64,000 bases of DNA from Hyphomicrobium sp. (GCA_031367425.1 JANLPU010000047.1:60932-124931), one strand, 5' to 3'; counted from the first letter of the stretch, positions 10,933 through 21,841 are shown. Notes: generated by a model not told the origin, from the letters alone. Numbers and translations are program-made.

Positions 10933-11904
10933 ATGGCTAAATCATCGACTGCAAAAGAGCTGACGCGTTTTCCGCGCCGCCACTTGTTGACTTGCGAAAG
11001 TCTCAGCGTGGCGGAGATCAATTTTCTATTGGATCTCGCCGACAAGGCTGCGGACCGCAATCGCCAAGGCGGTGCCAAGCGCGATATCCTGTCAGGCCGC
11101 ACCCTCATCAACTTGTTTTTCGAAGCCTCGACGCGCACGCAAGCGTCGTTCGAACTCGCTGGTAAGCGTTTGGGCGCCGACGTCATGAACATGAATGTCG
11201 CAACGTCGTCGGTCACCAAGGGCGAGACGCTGATCGATACGGCCGTCACGCTCAACGCCATGCGACCCGACATCATCGTCGTGCGCCATCACGCAGCGGG
11301 CGCCGTTGAGTTGCTGTCGCAGAAAGTCGATTGCTCGGTGATTAATGCGGGCGACGGCGCGCACCAGCATCCAACGCAAGCTCTGCTCGACGCGCTGACC
11401 ATCCGGCGTGCCAAGGGCCGGATCGCGGGCTTGGTCGTCGCCATCTGCGGCGATATTCTGCATTCGCGCGTGGCGCGCTCCAACATCGATCTGCTCAATA
11501 CGCTTGGCGCGCGCGTACGCATCATCGCGCCATCGACGCTGCTGCCGTCTTCGCCTGAGCGTTTGGGGTGCGAAGTTTTCACCGACATGTGGAAGGGTCT
11601 CGAGGGTGCCGACATCGTCATGATGCTGCGCCTGCAGCGCGAGCGCATGGACGCATCCTACGTCCCATCGAGCCGCGAGTTCTTCCACTTCTTCGGGCTC
11701 GACAATGAAAAGCTGGCGCGTGCCAAACCCGATGCGCTCGTGATGCATCCAGGCCCGATGAACCGGGGCGTGGAAATCGCTTCAACGGTTGCCGATCATT
11801 CGCGCAGCGTCATTCGCGAGCAGGTGGAAATGGGTGTTGCCGTGCGCATGGCCGTGCTCGAAGCATTGTCCGCGCACCTGCCACATGCGGGAGACCACGC
11901 ATGA
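10933..11904 (+). CDS. pyrB: Aspartate carbamoyltransferase catalytic subunit
   Basis: Motifs [35 protein letters not shown] and [11 protein letters not shown]. The ATG at 10933 is chosen over the longer track ORF. Confidence 0.95.
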   Translation: MAKSSTAKELTRFPRRHLLTCESLSVAEINFLLDLADKAADRNRQGGAKRDILSGRTLINLFFEASTRTQASFELAGKRLGADVMNMNVATSSVTKGETLIDTAVTLNAMRPDIIVVRHHAAGAVELLSQKVDCSVINAGDGAHQHPTQALLDALTIRRAKGRIAGLVVAICGDILHSRVARSNIDLLNTLGARVRIIAPSTLLPSSPERLGCEVFTDMWKGLEGADIVMMLRLQRERMDASYVPSSREFFHFFGLDNEKLARAKPDALVMHPGPMNRGVEIASTVADHSRSVIREQVEMGVAVRMAVLEALSAHLPHAGDHA

Positions 11905-13244
11905 GCGCTCCGCCCAAAAATTTCGACAAGCAACCGGCTCGTATGAAGCCCACCGTCTTCATCAACGCCCGCATCATGGACCCAGCGACCAATCGCGACG
12001 AGCCCGGCGGGCTTTTGGTCGTCGACGGGATCATCGCGGACCTGGGCGCGCACTTGCGCCGCAACGCGCCCGACGGTGCCGACGTCGTCGACTGTCGCGG
12101 CCACATTCTGGCGCCCGGCCTGATCGATGCGCAGGTCTTCACCGGCGAACCGGGCTTTGAACATCGCGAGACTTTGAAAACTGCAAGCCATGCGGCCGCG
12201 GCCGGTGGCGTCACCACCATCGTCGTAATGCCCGAGACCAATCCCGTCATCGATCAGGTGGCGCTCGTCGACTTCATTCAGCGCCGCGCCCGCGACAACG
12301 CTTTCGTCCACGTCCACACGATGGCGGCGATGACCAAGGGCCTCAAAGGCGAGGAGATGACCGAGATCGGTCTGTTGCAACGCGCCGGCGCCATTGCGTT
12401 CTCGAACGGCAAGTCGAGCGTCGGCGATACGCGCGTCATGCGCAACATCTTGAACTATTCGAAAGACTTCGGCGCGCTCGTCGTGCACCACACCGAAGAC
12501 CCGTATTTGTCGGCAACGGCGGCGATGAACTCTGGCGAAGTCGCCGCACGGCTCGGACTTCCCGGCGCATCAAAGCTCGCTGAAACCATTGTGCTCGAGC
12601 GCGACGTGCGTCTCGTTGAAATGACCGGCGGGCGCTATCACGCGGCGACCATCAGCTGCGCTGAAAGCTTGGACGTCGTGCGCTCGGCTAAAGCGCGCAA
12701 ACTGCCCGTCACCTGCGGCGTGTCGATCAATCATTTGACGTTGAATGAAAACGACATCGGCTCTTACCGCACGTTCTTGAAAGTCCGCCCGCCCTTGCGG
12801 CGCGAGGACGATCGCGCGGCGATGGTGCGCGGCATCGCCAGCGGCGACATCGACATCATTGTATCATCTCATGACCCGCAAGATGCCGACACCAAGCGGC
12901 GTCCGTTCGCGGAAGCCGCCGACGGCGCGGTGGGGCTTGAGACATTGCTCGCGGCGGCTTTGCGTTTGGTTCATGCGCGCGAAGTGCCGATGCTGACGCT
13001 ATTAAAAGCGATGACGATCAACCCGGCGCGGCTGTTGGGATTGCATTCCGGCCGTCTCGCCAAGGGCGCGATTGCCGACCTCGTGCTGTTTGATCCGGGC
13101 GAGCCGTGGGTGTTGAACAAAGATCTGCTGCGGTCGCGATCTAAAAACTCGCCGTTCGACGAAGCCAAGATGCAGGGCCGCGTTCTGCGCACGGTCGTCG
13201 CTGGCGAGACCGTCTATGAATATGCCGGTGTCGAGCGCACGTGA
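11901..13244 (+). CDS. pyrC: Dihydroorotase-like protein, probably non-catalytic PyrC' type
   Basis: It has the amidohydrolase/DHOase fold and overlaps the pyrB stop by 4 nt. Where catalytic DHOases have D-x-H-x-H (LIDLHVH) this protein has LIDAQVF, and the DHAPH block reads SSHDPQ. That loss of metal ligands resembles Pseudomonas PyrC'. Confidence 0.8.
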   Translation: MSAPPKNFDKQPARMKPTVFINARIMDPATNRDEPGGLLVVDGIIADLGAHLRRNAPDGADVVDCRGHILAPGLIDAQVFTGEPGFEHRETLKTASHAAAAGGVTTIVVMPETNPVIDQVALVDFIQRRARDNAFVHVHTMAAMTKGLKGEEMTEIGLLQRAGAIAFSNGKSSVGDTRVMRNILNYSKDFGALVVHHTEDPYLSATAAMNSGEVAARLGLPGASKLAETIVLERDVRLVEMTGGRYHAATISCAESLDVVRSAKARKLPVTCGVSINHLTLNENDIGSYRTFLKVRPPLRREDDRAAMVRGIASGDIDIIVSSHDPQDADTKRRPFAEAADGAVGLETLLAAALRLVHAREVPMLTLLKAMTINPARLLGLHSGRLAKGAIADLVLFDPGEPWVLNKDLLRSRSKNSPFDEAKMQGRVLRTVVAGETVYEYAGVERT

Positions 13245-13253
13245 GTTGCGCGT

Positions 13254-14012
13254 TTACGACAACCTCGGGCGAAGCTCGGCCCGAGCGCCGGCGTTCCCGA
13301 CGTAGCGCGCGACCGTCTCGGCGAGCACCGGCAAGTCGATCCCATAGTGCGTTGTCATGATGGCGAAGTCTGCACCCATGATGCCCCGCCTCTGCGCGAT
13401 TGCCACAATCGCCCGGCCGCGCGCTTGCGGCGGCGTGATGTCGAGCATTGCTGCATCGGCAACGGCAATTAACAGCACGGGATTTGAGTGGTATTCAGCC
13501 TCTTGAACGGACGTGATTTCGTCCCAAAGCAGCTGCGCGCGCCATAAGCGGTTCGCAATGGTCAAGCCCTCGGGATCGAATTGCAAAAAGCCGCCAGGCC
13601 AACGGCCTGTGAGCGCGGCAACCAGCACCGCCGCACCGGCGATAGCGATGACACCGCCGAGGCAGCGGAACAGCAGACTATAGTCGTGGCCGAATACAAC
13701 GAAGATGACGCCGAGGATCGCCAGCCATGCGCCCGAAAGCTGCATCAGGCCGGTCTTTGGTCGTATCGGCACATGGCCGACGACATCGACTTTCTCGGCT
13801 GAAAAATTGCCATAGCGGCGTTTGCGGATGATCGTCGCCGCAGTGACCGCGAGGCATGAGCCAAACAACGCCAGCGTGACGATGCCTTTATCGCGGTCAT
13901 CCGCCAATAATATCAGCCCCAGCAGCACGAACACAATGTTGATCGCCAGCAACACCCATTCTCGTCGCGTTGGCGGCGGGAACCGCGGTGGGGTCAGGGG
14001 ATCATCGGACAT
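13254..14012 (-). CDS. Membrane protein (about 4 TM plus soluble C-terminal domain), unknown function
   Basis: 252-aa ORF with a clear hydrophobic helix pattern. No family is recognised with certainty. Confidence 0.55.
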   Translation of the reverse strand: MSDDPLTPPRFPPPTRREWVLLAINIVFVLLGLILLADDRDKGIVTLALFGSCLAVTAATIIRKRRYGNFSAEKVDVVGHVPIRPKTGLMQLSGAWLAILGVIFVVFGHDYSLLFRCLGGVIAIAGAAVLVAALTGRWPGGFLQFDPEGLTIANRLWRAQLLWDEITSVQEAEYHSNPVLLIAVADAAMLDITPPQARGRAIVAIAQRRGIMGADFAIMTTHYGIDLPVLAETVARYVGNAGARAELRPRLS

Positions 14013-14090
14013 TGTGGAACCTGCTTAGCACAGTAGAGCAGAACGATGAAGCGTAGGTCGCAGTGAGCGGCGCAGTGTGTGACCGTCGCG

Positions 14091-14270
14091 CTAAGCGGTG
14101 ATTTCTGGCTCGTCGACCAGACCCGCGATGTTGTCGACGATCTGCTCTTCGCCGTCCTCCTGGCTGAGCACGAGCCACTCGGCGATGATCGTGTCGCCCT
14201 TTTTGAACACGACCCTGAACGGCCAATCCTTGTCGTCGTTGGCAATGACGTCGCCGGTTACAAATGCCAT
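14091..14270 (-). CDS. Small acidic hypothetical protein (59 aa from MAFVTGDV...)
   Basis: Track ORF 14091..14309, with an internal ATG at 14270. No recognisable motif. Confidence 0.4.
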   Translation of the reverse strand: MAFVTGDVIANDDKDWPFRVVFKKGDTIIAEWLVLSQEDGEEQIVDNIAGLVDEPEITA

Positions 14271-14546
14271 GTCGGAAACCCCCCGTTTATTTTCGCCAAC
14301 GCTTAGCACGGATTCTCGGCGGTGGCAGGCCGCGGCGCTAGGGTCCTTTACCCGTCATCGCGGACGCGACGCAGCAACCTTCATGATGCGGCGCTGCTCC
14401 GGGATCCTCTAGCGGCCGCAAAGATCCCGTGTCTGCTGTGCACCGCTCAAGTCGCGCTGCACCGCGCTCGGGATGACGGGTGGGGTGACCTGCGTACTTT
14501 GAGGCGCAGCCTCGATACCGGCCAGACTCGATACCGGCCAGCCTCG

Positions 14547-16538
14547 TCACCGCCCAGGTGTTTTGGCGGGGCGTGGGGCTTTGCGCATGAAGGCAGGCAC
14601 GTTCTCGGCAAATCCCAAACGTGCGCCCTGGGTCTGGGGACCTTTCGGCTCGGCATCGCGCGGGCTGGCGTTGCGGCCACCCTCGCGGGGATGCTTGGTC
14701 TCGCCATCAGGACGGCACCCCTCGCGCGCTGGTTTGGCCTGTGGCGCTGGACCGTCGGTCCATGCGTCGTGACGCTTGTCGGGTTGCGGGCGCCGATTGC
14801 CGCCAGCTGCCGACCTGCGTTCATCTCGGCGGCCGTCGCCGCGGCCATCGGGTTGTGACTTGTCTATTTGGGGGGCCTGATTGGGTTCGCCGTCGGATGG
14901 GCGTGGCGCGCGCGGCTGGCGCTCACCGGGCTGGCGGGCCTCTCTGGGCGGACGGGCGTCGCGCTGCGGCCGTGCCTCGCGCTGCGGGCGGGGCTGCGAG
15001 CCCTCGCGCGGTGGGGAGTGGGTAGCGCGGGTGCCGTGGGTATCGGCTGGCTGATCGCCCGAACTTGGCGGCGGTTGTGGGGTAATGCGCTGTGCGGCCA
15101 CAGTAGGGACGTCACCTTGCGCGCTCGTCGCGTGGGCGCTTGTGATGCCCGCGTTCGCGGCCCGGTTTGCGTCCTGGTGTTGAGACGCGGGCATGAAGGG
15201 TTGGGGCCCGTCGGCGTCAGCCACATGCGGGGCCCTCGGCTGTCGGTTGGCCGGTTGGCGATCATGAACCGGCCGGTCGCCACGCGGAGCGCCATCGCGC
15301 CCGCCAGCCCGGCCTGGCGCTGAACTGCGGCCGCCGCGTTGAGGCGCCAACTTGCCACGGCCACCCCTGCGGCGTTTGCCACCGGAGGCGTAATCTTCTT
15401 CTGTGGGGGCCTCGCCAATCCATACGACCGGCTCGCCGAGCATCTTTTCGATATCTTTGAGCGATTTCAAATCTTCGCTGGAGACCAGCGAGGCGGAGTT
15501 GCCCTCTTTGCCCGCGCGCCCCGTGCGCCCAATGCGATGGACATAATCGTCAGGGGCCCATGGCAGATCGAAATTGAAGACGTGACTGACGTCTGGAATG
15601 TCGAGGCCGCGGGCGGCCACGTCCGATGCGGCCAGCAACATAATCTCGCCGGCGCGGAACTTGTCGAGCGTCGCGGTTCGTGCCGACTGCTCCATGTCGC
15701 CGTGCAGAGCGCCGGCATTGAAGCCGTGTTTGGCGAGCGATTTGTGCAGCACCGCCACGTCGCGTTTGCGGTTGCAAAAAATGATCGCATTCTTGACGTT
15801 GCCGGTACGGATCAACTCGCGCAGGATTTCGCGCTTAGCGTAATCTTCGCCGTCGGGGCAATATTTAAACCGTTGGGTGATCGTCTTGGCTGTGGTTGCA
15901 GGTTTTGCCACTTCGATGCGGACGGGATCGTTGAGAAACTGACTGACGAGCCGGGTGATTTCCGGCGGCATCGTCGCTGAGAAAAACAGCGTCTGGCGGC
16001 GCGGCGGCAGCAGCTTGCAGATTTTCTCGATGTCGGGAATGAAGCCCATGTCGAGCATCCGGTCGGCTTCGTCGATGACCAGGATTTCAACGCCCATCAG
16101 CATGATGCGTCCGCGCCCAAAATGATCGAGCAGCCGTCCGGGCGTCGCGATGAGAACGTCGACGCCACGGTCAAGCTTCTTGACCTGATCGTCCATCGAG
16201 ACACCGCCGATCAGCAGTGCCACGTCGAGCTTATGATTGACGCCGTATTTTTCGAAGCTCTGCGCCACCTGGGCTGCGAGCTCGCGCGTCGGCGCCAAGA
16301 TTAGCGAGCGCGGCATGCGGGCCCGCGCGCGACCTGTTTCAAGCCGCGTGATCATCGGCAGCACAAAGGAGGCGGTCTTGCCCGTACCCGTCTGCGCGAT
16401 GCCAAGCACATCGCGGCCTGCGACGGCGATCGGAATGGCGGCGGACTGGATAGGCGTTGGGGTCGTGTACCCCGAGGTGGCAATAGCCACTTGAACCTTG
16501 GCGCTCAGGCCAAGATCGGCAAACGTCGTCGTATCCAA
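14547..16538 (-). CDS. rhlE: DEAD-box ATP-dependent RNA helicase (RhlE-like) with a long R/P/Q/G-rich C-terminal tail
   Basis: Motifs: Q-motif FADLGLS...TPIQ, AQTGTGKT, VIDEADRML, SAT, HRIGRTGRAG. A TTG start at 16538 is proposed, with GGAGAC 8 nt upstream. The track GTG start is at 16562. Confidence 0.92.
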   Translation of the reverse strand: MDTTTFADLGLSAKVQVAIATSGYTTPTPIQSAAIPIAVAGRDVLGIAQTGTGKTASFVLPMITRLETGRARARMPRSLILAPTRELAAQVAQSFEKYGVNHKLDVALLIGGVSMDDQVKKLDRGVDVLIATPGRLLDHFGRGRIMLMGVEILVIDEADRMLDMGFIPDIEKICKLLPPRRQTLFFSATMPPEITRLVSQFLNDPVRIEVAKPATTAKTITQRFKYCPDGEDYAKREILRELIRTGNVKNAIIFCNRKRDVAVLHKSLAKHGFNAGALHGDMEQSARTATLDKFRAGEIMLLAASDVAARGLDIPDVSHVFNFDLPWAPDDYVHRIGRTGRAGKEGNSASLVSSEDLKSLKDIEKMLGEPVVWIGEAPTEEDYASGGKRRRGGRGKLAPQRGGRSSAPGRAGGRDGAPRGDRPVHDRQPANRQPRAPHVADADGPQPFMPASQHQDANRAANAGITSAHATSAQGDVPTVAAQRITPQPPPSSGDQPADTHGTRATHSPPREGSQPRPQREARPQRDARPPREARQPGERQPRAPRPSDGEPNQAPQIDKSQPDGRGDGRRDERRSAAGGNRRPQPDKRHDAWTDGPAPQAKPAREGCRPDGETKHPREGGRNASPRDAEPKGPQTQGARLGFAENVPAFMRKAPRPAKTPGR

Positions 16539-16811
16539 AAGTAAAAGTCTCCATCTGCACACATCAGCAAGCCCGGCACGAAAGTGCCAGACAGCATAAG
16601 ACGAGAGCGCAGGGGGAATACCGTGCCGAAAAATTGACTAAGTCGAATGAAGAGGGAAAAATATCGAATAAAATACTCGAATCTTTCCCCTGCGCTCCGG
16701 CACGTCAGCGTGCTCGCACAACTTTACGACAGAAGCAAGAGCAACCGTACCGCGATTTCAGCTCGAATAGCTCGCCACACAATGATTGGCCGATGTTTCG
16801 GCCAGTAAACA

Positions 16812-16840
16812 GCAGAAAAGAAGCGGCTAAAAAGCCGCCC
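16812..16840 (-). terminator. Rho-independent terminator downstream of the catalase gene
   Basis: On the minus strand the sequence reads GGGGCGGC-TTTTTA-GCCGC followed by TTCTTTTCT. Confidence 0.6.
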
Positions 16841-16932
16841 CTTCACAAATTGGCGAGGTGCCGTCTGGCGATGACCCGACGACAACTGGCGGCCGGGCAT
16901 CCGGTTAAAACCGGCACCCTTTTGCCACTGCC

Positions 16933-18411
16933 TTATTCTGCCGCCTGAACGCTAGCCATGTGTTCGGCGCCAAGCCCCATCCGCAGCGCGACGCCCGCGC
17001 CGTACGCCGGATCGCACTTGTGGAAATGCGCGACCTGCCGTTTGACGATTTCGACCGGCACGCCCTGCATCGCGGCGGCGATATTGCTAAACAAACGGTC
17101 GCGCTGTTCTGCCGTCATCAGGCGAAACAAATTGCCAGGCTGGGTGTAGTCGTCGTTGCCAATCCGGTGATTGTAGCGATCCGCATCGCCGGAAAGTTTC
17201 AGCGGCGGCTCTTTGTATTGTGGCGCCTCAACTGGGCCACCAAAGGAATTGGGCTCGTAATAGACATCCGGGTTGCCAGTGTCGTTCTTGAAGAACCGCA
17301 TCGCGCCGTCCTTGTGGTAGTGATGGACCGCCACTTTCGGCGCGTTGACTGGCAGCGCCTCGTAGTGCGTACCAAGCCGGTGGCGGTGCGCGTCTGCATA
17401 CGCAAAGATGCGAGCTTGCAGCATTTTGTCTGGCGAGAACCCGATGCCCGGCACGATGTTGGACGGCGAAAACGCCGCCTGCTCGATCTGTGCGAAATAA
17501 TTTTCCGCGTTGCGATTGAGCTCCATGACGCCGACTTCGATCAGCGGGAATTCGGCGTGCGGCCAGACTTTGGTGAGATCGAATGGATTGAAAGATGTCT
17601 TGTCGGCATCCATTTCCGGCATCACCTGAATGCACATCCGCCACTTGGGGAACGCACCCTTTTCGATGCCGCCGAAAAGCTCTTCCTGATAGGATTCGCG
17701 CGAATGCGCCACAACTTGGGCCGCTTCGGCATTGGTGTAATGCTTGTGTCCCTGCATCGTCTTGAAGTGGAATTTGACCCAGAACCGCTCGTCTTTGGCG
17801 TTGATCATCGAGAAGGTGTGCGAGCCGAAACCATCCATGTACATCGGTGCGACGGGCAGGCCGCGGTCGGACATGAGAATGGTCACCTGATGCAGGCTTT
17901 CAGGCGATAGCGACCAGAAGTCCCACATCGCGGTTGGCGAACGCATGTTGGTTTTCGGATGCCGCTTTTGCGTGCGGATGAAATCGGGAAACTTCATCGG
18001 ATCGCGGACGAAAAACACCGGCGTGTTGTTGCCGACGAGATCCCAGTTGCCCTGCTCGGTATAAAACTTCAACGCGAAGCCGCGAACGTCGCGCTCGGCG
18101 TCGGCTGCACCCTGCTCGCCGGCGACGGTCGAGAAACGCGCGAGCATATCGGTCTTCTTGCCGGTCTTGGAGAACACGGCAGCGCACGTATATTTTGAGA
18201 TATCTTGCGTGACGGTGAGCGTGCCGAATGCACCCCAACCTTTGGCGTGAACGACGCGCTCGGGGATGCGTTCGCGGTTTTGATGCGCCAGCTTCTCGAT
18301 CAGCTGATAGTCCTGCAGCAGAACGGGCCCGCGCGCGCCGGCCGTCTCCGAGTTTTGGTTGTCGGCAACCGGAGCGCCGCCCGTCGTCGTCAAAGTTACT
18401 TTATCTGTCAT
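16933..18411 (-). CDS. katA: Monofunctional heme catalase
   Basis: Motifs [32 protein letters not shown]-like block and RLGTHY. The ATG at 18411 has GGAGATATCC upstream. The track ORF is over-extended to 18534. Confidence 0.95.
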   Translation of the reverse strand: MTDKVTLTTTGGAPVADNQNSETAGARGPVLLQDYQLIEKLAHQNRERIPERVVHAKGWGAFGTLTVTQDISKYTCAAVFSKTGKKTDMLARFSTVAGEQGAADAERDVRGFALKFYTEQGNWDLVGNNTPVFFVRDPMKFPDFIRTQKRHPKTNMRSPTAMWDFWSLSPESLHQVTILMSDRGLPVAPMYMDGFGSHTFSMINAKDERFWVKFHFKTMQGHKHYTNAEAAQVVAHSRESYQEELFGGIEKGAFPKWRMCIQVMPEMDADKTSFNPFDLTKVWPHAEFPLIEVGVMELNRNAENYFAQIEQAAFSPSNIVPGIGFSPDKMLQARIFAYADAHRHRLGTHYEALPVNAPKVAVHHYHKDGAMRFFKNDTGNPDVYYEPNSFGGPVEAPQYKEPPLKLSGDADRYNHRIGNDDYTQPGNLFRLMTAEQRDRLFSNIAAAMQGVPVEIVKRQVAHFHKCDPAYGAGVALRMGLGAEHMASVQAAE

Positions 18412-18855
18412 GGATATCTCCAATTGATTGCTGCGTCCCACGCGTCGGCGAATGCCGCCCTTTGGCGGTTGGACGTATGGCATCGATGCGCAGAAATTCT
18501 GCAAAACCCCGGTCGCGCGAAAGCGTCGCCGCATTTCTCGCGATCGCCACTGTTAGAAGTGGATCGCGCGACTTGTAATGCTTCTTGGGCCCCACTCCAA
18601 TATAATCGCGTCGCACCGTCGATAATGCAAACTTATCGCGGTTAGAAAAATTCGCTGGAAATCTAATCAGATGCTGCCTTTGGCGCAATCCGTACGTAAG
18701 AACGGGTATCATCGGGCCCTCATGTCTCGCCGCCGACACGGCGCCGACCCGCCGATGGCGCTCGCCATGAGTCGGTGGCATAAGAGTGTTATTACTGCGC
18801 CTTCAGCGATCTGTAGGCGTCGAATGCTTCGTTGAATAGTTCAGGGAGTTTTGAC

Positions 18856-19035
18856 ATGCAATTTGCGGTCGGTCTCAGAGAAAAAGACACCTCCGGTCAT
18901 GTCGTCGTCGATGCCGAAGACGCCCTGATCGCCGCCTTGAAAGTCAAACAAGACCGGCCCCAGGCGATGATCACCTACGTTCGCCGCCAGAATAAGCGCG
19001 GCGACGCGCGGCACCCGCCCAAGGCGATGACGTAA
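18856..19035 (+). CDS. Small hypothetical protein (59 aa, MQFAVGLREKDTSGH...)
   Basis: ATG preceded by CAGGGAG. No family is recognised. Confidence 0.4.
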   Translation: MQFAVGLREKDTSGHVVVDAEDALIAALKVKQDRPQAMITYVRRQNKRGDARHPPKAMT

Positions 19036-19054
19036 GCCTGTCTTTCTGCCGATA

Positions 19055-19627
19055 TCAAAAAGAGCTGCCTGGCTGCTGCAAGAACGCCAGTTCGTCCCCG
19101 GTCGATGTCCGCCCTAAAACTGCGTTGCGATGCGGAAACCGGCTATAGCGCGTAATGATGTCTTGGTGGGCCAGCGCAAAGCGCGTGTATTCGGCATCGC
19201 CCAGCCCGCTGATCAGCGAGACGGCGCGCGACTGATCGGCTGCAGTTTCGCTATGCTCGAACGGCAGATAAAGAAATAGCCGCTCGTGCACATCAAGCGC
19301 CGCATCGTGACCACGGCCAACGGCGTTGCGGGCCAATTGCAGAGCGTGTGCATCGGTTGCGAACGCGCGCGCCTCTGAGCGGAACAGGTTGCGGGGAAAT
19401 TGATCCAGCGCGAGGATGGCGGCGAGCGCGCTGCGGGGCTCATCTCGCGCAATCTGGGGCACTTGCGCGGCGAGGCTTTCGTAGTGCGCTAGAAATCTCT
19501 CGGTAATCGCGGCGTCAAACGCGTCATCGCGTTTGAACCAACTCTCACGCCCGTGCTCGCGAAACCAGAAATTGAGAATATCCCCAGCCCATCCCACCGG
19601 CAGGGATAGTGGCAGGGATAGCGTCAT
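19055..19627 (-). CDS. DUF924 family protein
   Basis: FWF...WF..D..FD..I...F ... LDQFPRNLFR matches the DUF924 pattern. Its start lies 1 nt after the sufA-like stop (TGAcATG). Confidence 0.8.
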   Translation of the reverse strand: MTLSLPLSLPVGWAGDILNFWFREHGRESWFKRDDAFDAAITERFLAHYESLAAQVPQIARDEPRSALAAILALDQFPRNLFRSEARAFATDAHALQLARNAVGRGHDAALDVHERLFLYLPFEHSETAADQSRAVSLISGLGDAEYTRFALAHQDIITRYSRFPHRNAVLGRTSTGDELAFLQQPGSSF

Positions 19628-19628
19628 G

Positions 19629-20024
19629 TCAGGCTTTCGAACCCGCATGGGGGCCGAAGCCTTCGGGCGTCGCCGGTGTCAGCTCGACGCTCTCGCCGCA
19701 GCCGCACGCGCTCTTTTGGTTCGGATTGTTGAACACGAACTGCGACGACAGCTTGTCGGTTTTGAAGTCCATCTCGGTGCCCAGGAGATACAGCACAGCC
19801 GATGGATCGATGATGACAACCGCGCCGTCGTCTTCGATGACGTCGTCGAATTTGCCGATCTGCTCGGCCCAAGACATGGTGTACTCCATTCCGGCACAGC
19901 CGCCCTTCTTGATGCCGATCTTCAAGCCCTTCACGCCGGGCTTGCCTGCCATCAAAGATTTTACGCGCGCCGCAGCCGTATCGGTCAGCGTCATGACTTT
20001 TGGCATCGCACGTAGCGTCGGCAT
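19629..20024 (-). CDS. sufA: A-type Fe-S cluster carrier (HesB/IscA/SufA family)
   Basis: Motifs LKIGIKKGGCAGMEY ... FVFNNPNQKSACGCGESV. The start is probably an internal ATG (MPKVMTLTD...). Confidence 0.9.
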   Translation of the reverse strand: MPTLRAMPKVMTLTDTAAARVKSLMAGKPGVKGLKIGIKKGGCAGMEYTMSWAEQIGKFDDVIEDDGAVVIIDPSAVLYLLGTEMDFKTDKLSSQFVFNNPNQKSACGCGESVELTPATPEGFGPHAGSKA

Positions 20025-20092
20025 GGCGGGGTCACCCTTGTCGTTGGCAGTCTTGATATAGTGCGGGAGAGCTTAATTTTCCAGGTTTGACT

Positions 20093-20545
20093 TTAGAACA
20101 TGCCGATGGCGAGCCGCGCTTCGTCGGACATTCTATCTTGAGTCCACGGCGGATCGAAGGTCATCGAGACCTTGGTATGAGCAACGCCCGGCACGGTATT
20201 CACCGCATTCTCGACCCAGATCGGCATTTCGCCGGCAACCGGGCAGCCGGGCGCCGTCAATGTCATCTCCACGACGACGTTGCGATCGTCGTCGATATCG
20301 ACCTTGTAGATCAGCCCGAGCTCGTAGATGTCGGCTGGAATTTCGGGGTCGTAAACTGTTTTCAACGCGGCCACGATGTCAGATGTCAGCCGGTCGATCT
20401 CCTCGGGCGGCAGTGCCGAACCCATCGCCATCGCTGGCGGCGTGGCCTGCACGAGATCGGGCGCGGGCTTCGACGCGCCCGGTGCTGGTGGTGCCTTCTC
20501 AATCAGGTCGGTCAGCGGTGTGTCATCCATCGGCTTGTCGTCCAT
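20093..20545 (-). CDS. sufT: SUF system Fe-S assembly protein (DUF59/SufT-like)
   Basis: LKTVYDPEIPADIYELGLIY...MTLTAPGCP is typical of the DUF59 domain, and the gene sits in suf operon context. Confidence 0.85.
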   Translation of the reverse strand: MDDKPMDDTPLTDLIEKAPPAPGASKPAPDLVQATPPAMAMGSALPPEEIDRLTSDIVAALKTVYDPEIPADIYELGLIYKVDIDDDRNVVVEMTLTAPGCPVAGEMPIWVENAVNTVPGVAHTKVSMTFDPPWTQDRMSDEARLAIGMF

Positions 20546-20557
20546 TTCTGTGATCCT

Positions 20558-21841
20558 TTAGACAAACAGATCGTGCGCCTTGACGAGCGCGGCGGTCAGC
20601 GCATCGACTTCGGCAAAAGTATTATACATCGCAAATGAGGCGCGGCATGTGGCGGTGACGCCTAAGCGCTCCATCAGCGGCTGGGCACAATGGTGACCCG
20701 CGCGCACCGCGATGCCCGAACGATCGATAATGGTGGCCACATCGTGCGGGTGCAGGCCATCGATCGAGAACGAAATGATCGCTCCCTTGCCCGGCGCTTC
20801 CCCGTGAATTTTCAGCCACGGCAAAGCGCTCAAACGCTCTTGAGCGTAGCGGCCCAACTGGGCTTCGTGCTCGGCAATGCGCTCGCGCCCGATCTGCATC
20901 ATGTAGTTGAGAGCGCTGCCAAGGCCGATGGCTTCGACGAACGCTGGCGTGCCCGCCTCGAACTTGTGCGGCAGCTTGTTATAGGTGATGCGGTCGACAG
21001 CGACGTGCTCGATCATATCGCCGCCACCTTCGTAAGGGGGAAGGCTGTCGAGGTGCTCTTTCTTACCATACAGCACGCCGATGCCGGTTGGCCCGTAAGT
21101 CTTATGGCCGGTGAAAACATAGAAATCGGCGTCGAGATCGCGCACGTCGACCGGCATGTGCACGACAGCCTGGCTGCCATCGACGAGCACGCGAATGCCG
21201 CGCTCGTGCGCCATCGCGATCATTTTCTTCACCGGATTGACGGTACCCAGCACATTCGACATGTGCGTGATCGCGACCAACTTGGTCTTCTTAGTGAGCA
21301 GCTTTTCGAATTCGTCGAGGATGAGTTCGCCGCGATCGTTGATCGGCGTCCATTTCAAAACCGCTCCACGGCGCTCGCGCAAAAAGTGCCACGGCACAAT
21401 GTTGGCGTGGTGCTCCATGATGGAGAGCACGATTTCATCGCCATCTTTGATGCCGACGACACCTACACCAGAGGCGACCGCGTTGATCGCGCTCGTCGCA
21501 TTGCGGGTGAAGATGATTTCGTCTGGGCTGCCGGCGTTGAGGAAGCGGCGAGTGGTTTCGCGCGCGGCCTCGTAGTTCTCGGTCGCAACGTTGGAGAGAT
21601 GGTGCAGGCCGCGATGCACGTTGGCGTATTCGAAGCGATAGGCATGATCCATCGCCTCCAAGACCGACCGTGGCTTCTGCGCCGACGCGCCATTATCGAG
21701 GTAGACGAGCGGGCGGCCGTGCACCTCGCGGTAGAGGATCGGGAAATCGGCGCGGATGTGCTCGACGTCATAAGGCGCGCGCTCAGAATGGGCGGACGCG
21801 CCTGCCGTTTTCGTGTCCGCTATCCGCGTTTCGCTGCCCAT
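20558..21841 (-). CDS. sufS: Cysteine desulfurase SufS (group II)
   Basis: Motifs FPIL...YLDNGASAQKP, HHANIVPW, FTGHKTYGPTGIGVLYG and RAGHHCAQP. The ATG at 21841 has GGAAGG upstream. Confidence 0.95.
   Translation of the reverse strand: MGSETRIADTKTAGASAHSERAPYDVEHIRADFPILYREVHGRPLVYLDNGASAQKPRSVLEAMDHAYRFEYANVHRGLHHLSNVATENYEAARETTRRFLNAGSPDEIIFTRNATSAINAVASGVGVVGIKDGDEIVLSIMEHHANIVPWHFLRERRGAVLKWTPINDRGELILDEFEKLLTKKTKLVAITHMSNVLGTVNPVKKMIAMAHERGIRVLVDGSQAVVHMPVDVRDLDADFYVFTGHKTYGPTGIGVLYGKKEHLDSLPPYEGGGDMIEHVAVDRITYNKLPHKFEAGTPAFVEAIGLGSALNYMMQIGRERIAEHEAQLGRYAQERLSALPWLKIHGEAPGKGAIISFSIDGLHPHDVATIIDRSGIAVRAGHHCAQPLMERLGVTATCRASFAMYNTFAEVDALTAALVKAHDLFV

Noticed and set aside
14511-14541. 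Direct repeat CTCGATACCGGCCAG x2 just downstream of the helicase stop
   Set aside because: There are only two short units with no associated structure or gene. It is probably a trivial duplication.
16960-17910. 316-aa ORF antisense to the catalase gene
   Set aside because: It is a shadow ORF opposite an unambiguous catalase.
18620-18638. Palindrome CGATAATGCAAACTTATCG upstream of the catalase gene, considered as an OxyR/LysR T-N11-A site
   Set aside because: It lies about 210 nt from the start codon, no oxyR gene is adjacent, and it is a single short palindrome that could arise by chance in a 444-bp AT-richer spacer.
18401-18781. 126-aa ORF in the catalase upstream region
   Set aside because: It overlaps the catalase start, has Arg-rich, unconvincing composition and no RBS. 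The region is more plausibly promoter and leader.
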